NCBI GenBank assembly: GCA_023205875.1
Contig: CP060773.1
Location: 248,001-312,000 of the forward strand
Direction: 5' to 3'
From: Chloropicon primus
Lineage: Eukaryota
Length of the DNA stretch: 64,000 nt
Part shown: positions 23,662-34,702 of the stretch, in pieces
Layout of the letters: every line of letters begins with the position of its first letter
Position numbering within the stretch: the stretch's first letter is position 1
Program-made: the position numbers and the translations under genes
The notes under the pieces: generated by a model
What the model saw: only the letters and a program-made list of their open reading frames with translations
Databases searched by the model: none
What the model was told of the DNA's origin: nothing

Positions 23662-26600
23662 CTAAACTCCAGTACCGGACGACCCCTCGTTCGCAAACTT
23701 GATGAACACTTGTTCCAAGCTCGTCTGGGAGACCGAGAAGGCTTCGAACCCGGCCTGGGCCTTGGCCTGCTTGATCGTCTTGAAGAGCGTAGGAAGGTGC
23801 GCTTCCTCCTGGGCGATCTGGTAGAGGCAGTACAAGTCCGTCGACTCGACCTCCTTTGCTTGGGGGTACGTGGCACTCATGAAGGACGTGAGCTTCACCA
23901 GCTGCTCCTTGTCCGTGAACCTGAACTCTACGTGGTAGCCCCCGCCAAAGTTGTTCTTGATCTCCTGGATCTGGCCCTCGCATCGGAACTTTCCTGCCAC
24001 CATGATCCCGATCCGGGAGCAGAGCGCCTCGCACTCCGCCATCGAGTGGCTGGTCAAAACCACACTCTTCTCTTCGTTATTGTACATGTCCGATATCACG
24101 TTCCACAAGAACCTCTTTGCAACTGGATCCATGCCAGTGGAGGGCTCGTCGAGCAGGATGACCTTGGGGTCCCCAACGACAGCAGCGGCCACCGCAAGCT
24201 TTCTCTTGTTTCCCCCGCTATACGTGCCGCTGAGCTTGTCAGCGTACCGAGGGAGGTCGAGCTTGTAGATGATTCGTTCGACCTCCTCCCTCCTGCAGTG
24301 GGCTGGGATGCCGCGGACCATGGCATACATCATCAGCATCTCCCTCCCCGTCATGTTCCCGATCACGGCCTCGAACTGGGGGCAGTACCCCATGAAGAGT
24401 CGCGCCTTCCTCGCATTTGTCACGATGTCGTGACCCGCGATGAGGGCGTGGCCCGACGTGGGCATGATCTCCCCCGTGAGCATCTTGAAGGTGGTGGTCT
24501 TGCCAGCGCCGTTCACCCCAAGAAGCCCAAAGCACTCGTTCTTGCCGAGCTGGAAGCTCAAGCTATCCACAGAGGCGGGCAAGAAAGGAGCATACTTCTT
24601 GTAAAGATCCTTTGCGATGACGAGGTCCTCTGAGTTGTTCATTCGCTCGAAATCGACGCAGTCGTTCCAGTACTGGAACCCGAAGCCCTTGACCTTCTCC
24701 CAAACGTTGTACTCGATAGCGAGGACAAGGATGGCGTACATGAACATCTGGATGAACATGAAGATGATGGACCAGCCCGCAACTTCCAGGTTGAACGGAC
24801 TCTTTGAGACCGCAAAGGGGTCCAGCGGGTCGTTCTCATTCAGCTGGAGCTGGTACATGCCGTTTGCCATGTTGAACTGCGGGCTGATGATGGGGAACAC
24901 CCACGATTCTATGTTGTGGATGTACCTGCACGTTCGGTCCATCGGAGCGATGAAGCCGAAGATCCAGTCGACCAGGAAGAAGATGTAGCCAGACAAGAAG
25001 CAGACCGTCCACAGCCTCAAAAAGGCCTTGAAGGGCTCCTCGAAAAACCAGTGCAGCACGTAGACGCAAGGAAGGCTGGCGCAGCCGTAGGCAATGAAGA
25101 GCACGAGGACAGCGAACGTGTTCTTTCCCGTGAACTCCGACTCGTGGTAGATCTGGAAACAGATGATCATTCCTGTCGCCGGGATCGTGTATACCACCAG
25201 ATCCCACAGAAAGTGCGAGAGCCAGAAGACCCCTTTGTGAACTCCGCTGACCATCTGCACCTGCTTGGATTTGTTGACGCGCTCCTGCACGAGGAACATG
25301 GCGAAAGAAGCAGACAGAGAGGCCGCCGCCATCGTCATGCAGCAGACAAAAATGAATTTGAACACAAACTGGTACGCCTCGACGATCTCCTCCGAGGCCA
25401 ACACGGGCAAGGGGTGGTTCACCACCTCGATTTTCCTTCCGATCCAACTCTTTGCCAAGCCCGAAGTGAAGGCATTCACTGCCGTAGGCAGCGCGTGAAG
25501 CGAGGTGAAGTTGGCTGACACGGTTCCATTCGCAGAGTTGCTGTCATAAGAATCGAGGAGGAGCATGTCGAACCTGTACGATCCGTCGAACCAGGTCTTC
25601 AGCGCAAAGTCGTCAAGACCCTTGTCACCATAAGCGCCGACGTCCAAGACCTTCGTGCTGCCATAAGAAGACTTGAAGTAGTCGAGAGCACTGCCAGAGG
25701 AGTACCTCATGTCCTTGGAGGCCCCAAAGATGACCTGGTGGCCCTTGAAAATGTTTTCCCTGTTCAAAGGCAGAGCAGGGAAGTTTGGGAAGGTTCCGCC
25801 AAACTCAGCAGATGTGAGCGCAGCGATAATGAGCAAGATGGGAACAAGAATTTGCACCACGAAAATGAGCCTCTCCCTGGTGGTGCACAAAAACTTCTTC
25901 CAGATCATGGCCTTCAACTGCTCGAGCAAGAGCTTCCTGCCGCTGTGCTTTGGGATTCCCCTGTTGCTGAACGCTATCCCTCCACGCGTCGATCCGATCT
26001 CGACGTCTTCAGGCTGCCCCGTGAAAACGCTTCCCAAGAACCCCGACAGGGAGGACTTGGCGGCCATGTCCCCTGGCTCGTCCATGCTTTCCTCCTCGCT
26101 CTTCTTCTCGCAAGTCGCCACGACCTTGAGGAAAACGTCCTCGAGGGTAGTGAAGGAGAGGCCGTAAGACCTTATGACTCCGTCCTGCTGCAGCTTCTCG
26201 CACTCCTCCGTTAGCTCAGGGAAGATGTCGGTGTGTTTCTTGTCTATCCTTACGGACAACTCCGAGCCAGCGCCGGACCCGCTCTTGGCATCAGGGATGA
26301 TCTTATTCACCGCGTCCATCACAGTCTTCGTCAGGGACGACGTGGTGTCGGCCCCGGTGTCCTTCAAAATCATGGTCAAGACGTATCCCGCACCAAACTC
26401 TTCCTTCAGCTCCAGGGAGCTGCCGCAAGTGGCAAGGCTTCCTCGGTGCATGATGCCAATTCTATCGCACAAGATGTCTGCTTCTTCCATGAAATGGGTG
26501 CTCAGGATGATGACTTTGTTGCGCCTGTTCTTCCTGATGATATCCCAAGTGTCTCTCCTGCTCCTGGGATCCATCCCTGACGTGGGCTCGTCCAGCACCA

Positions 26601-28997
26601 CAAGCTTTGGGTTCCCCATGAAAGCGATTCCCACGGAAAGCTTTCTCATCTGGCCGCCCGACAACTCGCAGCTGGGGCAGTTGAGCTTCGCGCTCAGGCC
26701 AACCTCCTGCGCCATGCCGAACACGCAGGTCCTGATTTGATGCCTTGGAACTCCTTTGATCTCAGCATAGAAGGTCAAGTGGTCCTTCACCGTGAGAGTG
26801 GGCCACAAGATATCGAACTGGGGGCAGAGGCCAAGAGACTTTCTGATGATGTCCATCTCATTCAGGACCGAGCGGTTGTCCACGTAAACGTTGCCAGAGG
26901 TAGGGTAAAGCATCCCCGTGATTATGCTCATCGTCGTTGTCTTTCCCGCACCATTGTGCCCGAGCAGACCGAAGACCTCAGAGTTGAAGGCCTCGACACA
27001 CAAGTCGTTCACTGCCCTCACCTTGGTCCCCCCTATGGACGTAAACTCCTTGGTGAGGTTCACGATCTTGAGGTCGGGGGAAAGGGTCTTGTTCAAGTTC
27101 GCATTTGACCTGGCGATCTTCAGCCTCTGCCCGCGCTCCGTCCAGAAACTTTTCGTGAAGGGAAAGTAAAAGGGCTGCCTCCTTCCCGCCTCATCGGGGA
27201 GAACCTTGTCCAGGTACACAAAGGCGGTCAGGTAAATCAGAGCGTTTCTCGCCAGCTTGAGAACCAGGGAGTATGCTGACAGACTTCCATCCAGAATCAC
27301 TGGCTTTGAGAACGTTTCCCAAGTCAGACCAATGCCGGAATACTCCAGCCTCCTCAGAACCGTGCCCGACAACGCCACGCAGCTGGGAGAAAGGAACGAG
27401 GCCAGGTCAAAAAAGTAACCCCCGTAAGGTTGCAAGACTGGTGCAAGCATGCCCGGTATCATGAGGATGACAAAGAGGAGGACGACGCTTGGCCCGGCCG
27501 TCGCAGTCCTCTGGAAGAAGCAGCTCACGACGTACGCCAAAGGAATCAGTGAGAGGCTCAGGAAAAAGTACATCGTGAACGTGCACCTCCAGTCACTCTC
27601 CGGGAACGTGAGCATTGCCGTGAGGGACATGAACAGGGAGCTGCAGACCATCTCCATGCCGTGGGTGATCAGCCAGGAAAGCCAGTAAGAGAAATCCGTG
27701 ACCCCCAGAAGCCTCATTCCTTCCCTGAGCCTCAGCTCTTTCTCGCAGACCACAGAAGCCACGTTGCTCCTCATTGGCATCAAAAACGCGACCACGAGAC
27801 AGATGTCCATGAAGCTTCCTGCGATGACCGCGTCCGGATTCAACGAGTAGGTTGGCGCCGGGAACTGGTGGATGTTGAGGTCAATATCCGCAGGCTTCTT
27901 ATCGTTATTGTCTTCCCTGACTTCCCCAATCAAAGCTTTATCGATCGACAGCTGGAAGTTAGAGAAGAAAAAGTACTTCCTAAAGTAGCTCGTCTTGGTC
28001 TGGGGGTTCAACGAGAACACGTCGTCCTTCATCACGGTCGGCGGGGTCATGGTGTGGTTCATCCTCAGCGTGTACTTGATGCTCTTGTGCTTGTCGACCA
28101 AATCCTCAAAGTTCACGATGGCTCTGGTGTGCGCGGTGTTGTTGTACGCCGCAAAATGAAGGGCTGCTTCAGGGGTACCAAACCCCTTGAAGAATCTGTC
28201 GATCAGAGGCTGCCAGCACTCCGAGTCGTTCAGGCACATGTCGTGAGACTGCGCGCAAGTCATTGGCGGTGAGATCCCTTCGTCGATCAGCTCCTTCCAG
28301 AACAGGCCAAAGTAAACCAGCTGGTCCTTGTTCGTTACATCTTTCGGGCAAGAAATGTCCTTCGCGACCATCTGCATCACGCTCGTTTCCACATCTCCAT
28401 CCGGCGTGTAAAGCACCATTCCATTGTCCCACCGTTTCTCCCACAGCGGGTTGAAGCACTCGATAGGGAGCGAGACGTTCGGGCAGCCTCCCGTCACCCA
28501 GTCTATGGACTCGATGACTTGGTTCCCTTGGACCTCGTTCAATGGAAAGTCAATCGGCGGCAAAAATATCTTTGGGATGCTCAAGAGCAGGATCAAGATA
28601 GAAGGGAGGAGCAGCTCGAAGAGCAGGCCGAATATTCCACCAACCGTGCACCCGCAGAAGCACACGTTTCTCCTGCTTTTCAGTTTGAGTGTCAAGTTCT
28701 TCTTCAATATCGCCCACAGCTGCTTTCCCGTGGACTTCCTCCCCGTCCTCTGCGACACGGACGCCACGTGCTCCTGGCGACCAACAAGAACGAAGCAAGG
28801 CGAGACGCCGAGACGAAAGGTGCGTTAGCGGTGCGCGCGAAGAGTCTCGAGAAGAACAAAGAAGAAGAAGAAGGAGGAGGAGGAGGAGGAGGGAGGAGGT
28901 GGGGACCAAGACTTACTTCTTCGCCCTCGCCGAGCACGGAATAGCCTGCCTCCTCGCGGCCACGGCGGCCGCGGATGGGCGACAAGATGTTATCCAT
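23662..28997 (-). CDS. ABCA: Full-length ABCA subfamily transporter; exons 28997-28917, 28773-23662
   Basis: Two TMD-NBD halves with GLLGHNGAGKTT/LSGGQMRK and GLLGVNGAGKTT/YSGGNKRK, LDEP motifs, EKELRLREGM and ERVNKSKQVQ. A phase-0 GTAAGT..CAG intron supplies an ATG exon. Confidence 0.95.
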
Positions 28998-29305
28998 CGC
29001 AATGCTGAAGGACTGCATGTACCAGCAAGCGCACTGCTCTGCTACAATAAATAGGTCGCCACTCGCCCACTACACCCACACCTTTCTTTCTCTTTCTCTG
29101 GGCGTTTGGGCGGTCCTGGGTGAGAGAGAGAAGGGGAAAAAAGAAGAGAGGGCGTCACGTCGCCCGACCAACGCTACCGAAACCAAACCAAACCAAGCAA
29201 CGATCACGTCACCGTCGCCATCACCGTCTACCCTTCCGTCTACACAAGCAGCAAATCAACCCAACCGACTGACTGCGGAGTGCCACGTGGTGGTGAAGTG
29301 ATGGT

Positions 29306-29343
<38 letters not shown>

Positions 29344-30283
29344 CCAAAACGTTACACGAAAGCGTCAGCAAACACGCGCGCGAGAGAGAGAGAAGGCGTT
29401 ACGAGCGCAGCGACGCGCTCCGAACGTAACACTCGCCCTTCCGTGGTTTCCAAGGGTTCCTCTCTCTTTCTTGGCCATGCCCTTTGGAAAAAAAAAGTGG
29501 AGACCAAAGAGAGGAGGTCTCCGTGTAGAACATGAAGAAGAAGAAGAAGAAAAAAAGAGAGAAAAGAGAAGAAAGTCGTCGCCTTGGGGAAGTTCATCTT
29601 GTTCCTCTCGGGAGGGCTAAGCTCTGTCCGCCGCCGGCCGACGTTGTCTTACCTCCCCTTGCCTCTTCTTGGCTGCCTTGATCGATCGCGCGATCGATCG
29701 AATGATCGACTGATCGACTGATCGGATCGATCGCGGCTTTTCCGCCGCAGTGTGAAATCGGTACACTCAATGTACGACACCTATCGAAATCTTCCAAATT
29801 TTCAAATGGGGGACATGAAGAGACAGAAGTCCTGAGGGCCTTCAAGGGGGACAACAGAAGGTGAGTGGAGGGGCATGGAGGGGACAAGGGAGGGAGGAGT
29901 TCGTTCTTGGGAACCACAAATATTGAATCTTGGGGTCGTCAGCTTTCGATAGAGCCTTCGCTTGCTGAAAATGACCGAATTTTGAGGAACTTGTGAAACT
30001 AAAACCAACGTGTTTTCCCCCTTGATATGGACCCCGCGCACTCTGTGTCTTGTCTTGTATTGCTCTGAAGGCGAAGCACGCTGTGGTGCATGCCTGGGAG
30101 TTGATCCCGACTCCTCGCGAGAGTTATCTTTGACCCTTCTCGAACGCCCTGGCTGGCCCAAGGCCGAGGAGAGGACGAACGCACACCAGCACACCAGCAC
30201 ACCAGCACACCAGGTGGCCAAGGCAGCAAGGTAGACGAACTGGAAAAGGCGTTTGACTAGGGCAATAGGCTCGTGGCCTCCTG

Positions 30284-30325
<42 letters not shown>

Positions 30326-30328
30326 GCG

Positions 30329-33300
30329 ATGGTGCTTCCCTACAAGACTTGGGAATGGCTGGCCCCCACCGTGCTCCTGACGGCGTGGTTCATCGTCCCC
30401 GTGGTGACCGTGGAACTCTTCTTGAGCGGGATCCACAACGAGGTGAAGGACAACCTGCTGAAGAGCAAGACGACCATGAAGAGGCTGAAAAGCAACGTGA
30501 GGCTGGCCAGGGAGCTCAACGAGAGCGACGACGAGGACCTCGACTTTGACATCCAGGAGGAGGAGAGGGACGATGAGCTCGAGTACGGGCTGCAGACAAC
30601 GAGCGGAGAGGGGGAGACGATCGAGGTGGACGTGGAGACCCCGCTGGAAGGCAGGCGAAAGGCCAACGGGGCGAGCAGGTCGAAGAAGGGCGGTTCAACG
30701 AAAATCGTCATGGTGGAGAAGGAGAAGGTTCACTTCCCGATGGACCCCAGGCTGAACCCCCAAGAGCATCTGTTCATGAGGGGGCTGACAGACTTGATCA
30801 TTTCCAGGAGGGTCGCGGGTCAGAACAAGCTGAGGCAGAACGCGCCGCCGATGCCCGCGAGGCCGGGCTCCTCCAAAGAAGGCCGGGGTGCTGGCCACCA
30901 CCCTGAAAACAGCGCGAAAGGCACCCTGTTCGTCACGTACATGAGGACGAAGAAAATCCTCGAAGGACTGATATTCCTTTACGAGGCCTTCAACCTCTGG
31001 TCTTGCCTCTTCGTGAGCAGCGTGGAGTGGCCAAAGCTCGCGCCGACGGAAGCTTTCGCTTACGGCAGCTTCAAGTCGTTGCACCTGTACAAAGGGATGT
31101 ACAACGGCGGGGCCAGCGGAGAGAGGATTGTATTTTATTTGATTCTTGTCCTCTTCTTCATAGCGGCTTGCTGCATGCTGGTCAAGGACGCCACGGTGGG
31201 TCCCAAGTTGATGCAGAAGCACAACATCGCCCTGAGGAACCGGCTGGTGACCTCGGCAAACTGGAACGAGTTCTTCTTCGGGAGAGCGCCGATCAAGAGT
31301 CCTAGCTCGAACCCGAAGAGCAACAGAATTACGGTGGTCCACGGGGCCAAGCTGCAAACCAAGGGAATGGACATGCTCGAATTCAGGGAGATTAGGTTTC
31401 ACTTGGCCATCTTCATGCAGTACCTCTTCTTCGAGTTCCTGTTCATGCCCGGCCTCAGCGTGGCCTTGGTAGTCCTGAACTGCCAGCCCGCGAGGGAGGA
31501 CGCCCTGGATCCAGACAGCCGCAGGGTCTACTTGTTCACCCCGAGCTCGCTGTCCCCGAGGTCTCAGGGCAACCAGGAGTATTATTATTGCTGGGAGGGC
31601 GGGCATGGCGTGGACAGCGTCGTGGGAGTCTTTATGGCGGTCTTGATCTATACCTGCGCGATCTACCACAAGAGGCAGAAGATGAGGAAGGCGTCCACTG
31701 TGGTCTACAACCTCATCTTTGAAATCTTCTACGCGATGGTGAAGGCCCTGCTCACGGTCGTGGCGGTCTGCTACTCTAACGCCCAGAACGGAAGCATACT
31801 GCTGTGGGGAGCCCTCGCCTGCTTCGTCGTCCTTGAGGTCGTGAACCACCTGATGCAGCCGTGCAAGGGCTACGGAACGATGGTGAACTCTTGCAGGGCG
31901 AGCACGTTCGCGATCGGGACCGTTACAAGCGTTTTGGCCATCCTCGTCACAAAATATTTCGAGTCCGATGCGACGAAGAACATCTCCGCTGCGATTTGGA
32001 TTGCCATGCTCTTCCCCGTGAGCGGCTTCGCGTACGAGTACAACATGCTGTCCGCCTCGCTGGCCAAGGGGGACGTGCCAGAGGACAAAACGATCGCGGA
32101 CCTGCTGCAGTTTCAGGAGAGGGGGGGGAGGAAGAGCGCCATCGTGGGCGGTTTGAACGTGCAGAGAATTGCGGGGTCTTGCGTGGCGAGGCTCTTTCAC
32201 ATCGATCCGAGGGCAAGGGACGTCGCCGTGCTCTCTCAGATCATGCTTCACCAAAGCACCAAGTCCAGGATGAGCCTGGGAAACTTGAATCACGGGCTCT
32301 CCGGTGTCTTTGGCTTCTTCTCTCCCAGCGAGGTGGGCAAGAACGTTGCGTTGACCGCGTCCACGATCGCCAGAGAGGACGGGGACTACCTCCTGTCCCA
32401 GGAATTGGATTCTCGAAGCGGCGTGAGGAGGGTGATCACGAGAGAGCAAGGAAGAATCTTGGCGGGCCACGTGCTGCAGAACAACAACATCGAGGAAGTG
32501 GCGGTGAACGCGTCTCGACTCCTGTACCCAATCCCGTTGATGGCGTTGAAGGAGGGGAAGATCGCGCATTTCGATTGGTTTGACGCATCTGCCGGGGAGA
32601 GCGAGATCCTCAAGGCGATCATCGAGTACGTTTACAGCACGTTCTCGGCCAAGGCGCTTCCGAAGACCATCTCTTTTGGAAAGTCGACGAGCAGGATTGC
32701 AAGGCTAATGAAAGACTTCGACCTCGAGGGCAAGGTGGGCTTGTTCGAGCAAGGGCCTGCTGGGCTGGTTCAAATCGATCCCGACTGCGTGACCGTGGAT
32801 GTTGCTTCCCTCATCGACCCGTTGGACTTTGACACGAGCGGAAGAGAGTTCACCAACGCCTTTGCCCTGGACCTGTCCCAGCACTTCCTGACCACGGCGG
32901 ACATGATCGTCCTGGTCCACCTGATGAAGCCGAACAACTGTCTCCAGTCCCTTGACTTGTCAGACAATTGCTTGGACGCCCAGTCCCTCCCTCTCCTGTC
33001 CAGCCTCTTCGAGGCCCAGAAGGAGAGCTCGCGACTGAAGGAGCTCCACCTCTTCGGTAACCCGCTGTCGAGGGAGCACAAGCTGGACTGGACGACTGGC
33101 AGAGAGACCATCGAGGAGAACTGGGACGAGATCTTCAAGCTTGGGCAGACTCTTGCGCAGTCCAAGTCCTTGACCTCGATCAAGATGGAAAGGTCTGAGC
33201 CCATTGACCTCTCGGAGGCTGCCAAGATGACCAGGCTGAAGCTCGGAGGGAGCGAATTCGACTTTGATTCGCGGATTGGCGACATGACTGTGGTGATGCT

Positions 33301-34315
33301 CTCCTCCCTCTTGCCCAGATTCGGCAACCTGTACGAGCTTGACCTGTCGAAGAACGACATAACGGACAAGGGAGTGCACTACCTGACAACGAGGGCCCTG
33401 AATCCTGACTTTGCTTACTCGAAGGTTTACGACCACGGCTGGGTTTGCAGGGTGACGAACCTGAACTTGGCCGAGAACAAAATAGGGGACGAGGGCCTCG
33501 TCAGCCTCTCGACCGTGCTGAAGAGGAACGAGTTCGTGACAAGACTTGATCTCAGCAGAAACAAGTTCTCTGCTCTTGGTCTGCAATTCTTGTCCAAGGG
33601 GCTGATAAGGACGAAGTACAGCAACCTCCAGGAGCTTCACTTGGAGGACAATGGCCACCTCGGTCCTGGCGCGCTTGATTCCGTGCTTGAGGTGCTCAGC
33701 AGGAAGGACCCTAACGGCTCCGATTCCTGCATGCTCAAGTCCCTCTCCCTGTCGGGCATCAAGCTCTACTGCACCGGGTGCGCCAAAGTCGGCGAGATGC
33801 TTTCCGTGAATCAGACTCTGGAAGTTCTCAGCCTTTCTGGATGCGACCTGGACCGGGAGCCACCAACGCCTCCCACTGCGGACCCCAAGCTCGCCAGATC
33901 GAATCGAAGCCGAAAGCCAAGTGGAGACTTGACGACCTCGACGAGCAAGAAAACCGGCGTCAGGGTGGACACCGGCCTCCGCGAGCTTTGCAAGTCCCTG
34001 CGAGTGAACAGCTCTCTGAGGGTTCTGGACGTGAGCAGCAACCACCTCGTGACGCAGGAGTTTGTGGCCATGGTGATCTACCTCAGCTCGAATCCAAACA
34101 CCGTTTTGGAGCATCTCAAGGTCAACGACAACAACATTGGCATCTCCATGGCGCAGTTCCGGCCACTGATTATCGAAGAAGTCCTCACAAACAAAGCTTT
34201 GCAGAGGATCGACTTGCACTCGAACCCAACCGAGAGGGGGGTCAACAAAGAGCTCTGCGTTCTGATGAGCAGGAAGAAGGACAGGTCAAGCCAAATGCTT
34301 CAGTTCGGGAACTAG
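30329..34315 (+). CDS. Multi-pass membrane protein with C-terminal RNI-like leucine-rich repeats
   Basis: 1328-aa ORF with many hydrophobic helices in the N-half, then LxxLdLsxNxI repeats (LQSLDLSDNCL, LYELDLSKNDITDKG, VTNLNLAENKIGDEG). Confidence 0.82.
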   Translation: MVLPYKTWEWLAPTVLLTAWFIVPVVTVELFLSGIHNEVKDNLLKSKTTMKRLKSNVRLARELNESDDEDLDFDIQEEERDDELEYGLQTTSGEGETIEVDVETPLEGRRKANGASRSKKGGSTKIVMVEKEKVHFPMDPRLNPQEHLFMRGLTDLIISRRVAGQNKLRQNAPPMPARPGSSKEGRGAGHHPENSAKGTLFVTYMRTKKILEGLIFLYEAFNLWSCLFVSSVEWPKLAPTEAFAYGSFKSLHLYKGMYNGGASGERIVFYLILVLFFIAACCMLVKDATVGPKLMQKHNIALRNRLVTSANWNEFFFGRAPIKSPSSNPKSNRITVVHGAKLQTKGMDMLEFREIRFHLAIFMQYLFFEFLFMPGLSVALVVLNCQPAREDALDPDSRRVYLFTPSSLSPRSQGNQEYYYCWEGGHGVDSVVGVFMAVLIYTCAIYHKRQKMRKASTVVYNLIFEIFYAMVKALLTVVAVCYSNAQNGSILLWGALACFVVLEVVNHLMQPCKGYGTMVNSCRASTFAIGTVTSVLAILVTKYFESDATKNISAAIWIAMLFPVSGFAYEYNMLSASLAKGDVPEDKTIADLLQFQERGGRKSAIVGGLNVQRIAGSCVARLFHIDPRARDVAVLSQIMLHQSTKSRMSLGNLNHGLSGVFGFFSPSEVGKNVALTASTIAREDGDYLLSQELDSRSGVRRVITREQGRILAGHVLQNNNIEEVAVNASRLLYPIPLMALKEGKIAHFDWFDASAGESEILKAIIEYVYSTFSAKALPKTISFGKSTSRIARLMKDFDLEGKVGLFEQGPAGLVQIDPDCVTVDVASLIDPLDFDTSGREFTNAFALDLSQHFLTTADMIVLVHLMKPNNCLQSLDLSDNCLDAQSLPLLSSLFEAQKESSRLKELHLFGNPLSREHKLDWTTGRETIEENWDEIFKLGQTLAQSKSLTSIKMERSEPIDLSEAAKMTRLKLGGSEFDFDSRIGDMTVVMLSSLLPRFGNLYELDLSKNDITDKGVHYLTTRALNPDFAYSKVYDHGWVCRVTNLNLAENKIGDEGLVSLSTVLKRNEFVTRLDLSRNKFSALGLQFLSKGLIRTKYSNLQELHLEDNGHLGPGALDSVLEVLSRKDPNGSDSCMLKSLSLSGIKLYCTGCAKVGEMLSVNQTLEVLSLSGCDLDREPPTPPTADPKLARSNRSRKPSGDLTTSTSKKTGVRVDTGLRELCKSLRVNSSLRVLDVSSNHLVTQEFVAMVIYLSSNPNTVLEHLKVNDNNIGISMAQFRPLIIEEVLTNKALQRIDLHSNPTERGVNKELCVLMSRKKDRSSQMLQFGN

Positions 34316-34544
34316 ACAAAAGTTGGCACCGAGGCCTGTTCTTGGATCTTGAAATTCAAACCCCTGCTACAACTTTTGTAAAACCGTTATCACTATGGTG
34401 TTCAGACATCAGATCAAAAACAGCACACAGAAAAGTCACGAAAGGACGGTAAGATAATCACAGTCAATACTGGAAGCACAAAGGCAAGCTCTCCTTTCCA
34501 CTGAAAGAGAGAAACACGGAGAGCCGGGACCGGCCACTACTTAC

Positions 34545-34702
34545 CTGTTAGTTTTCTGCAAAGGTCGTTTCACCGAGTTTGTAAGTTTCTCGGCAGGGTA
34601 ATTCGGCCCTACCACGACCATTCCACCGTACATGAACGAATACTTCCGCCCACTTAGCGCACGGCAGCCCGTACTAACAAACGTATGTGCAACCCTGAGG
34701 AG
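34545..34702 (-). ncRNA. Candidate omegaRNA scaffold / right end of the Fanzor element
   Basis: Directly 3' of the Fanzor stop. Nested stems 34563-68/34614-19, 34573-77/34589-93 and 34595-98/34607-10 form a three-way junction. Boundaries are inferred. Confidence 0.55.
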
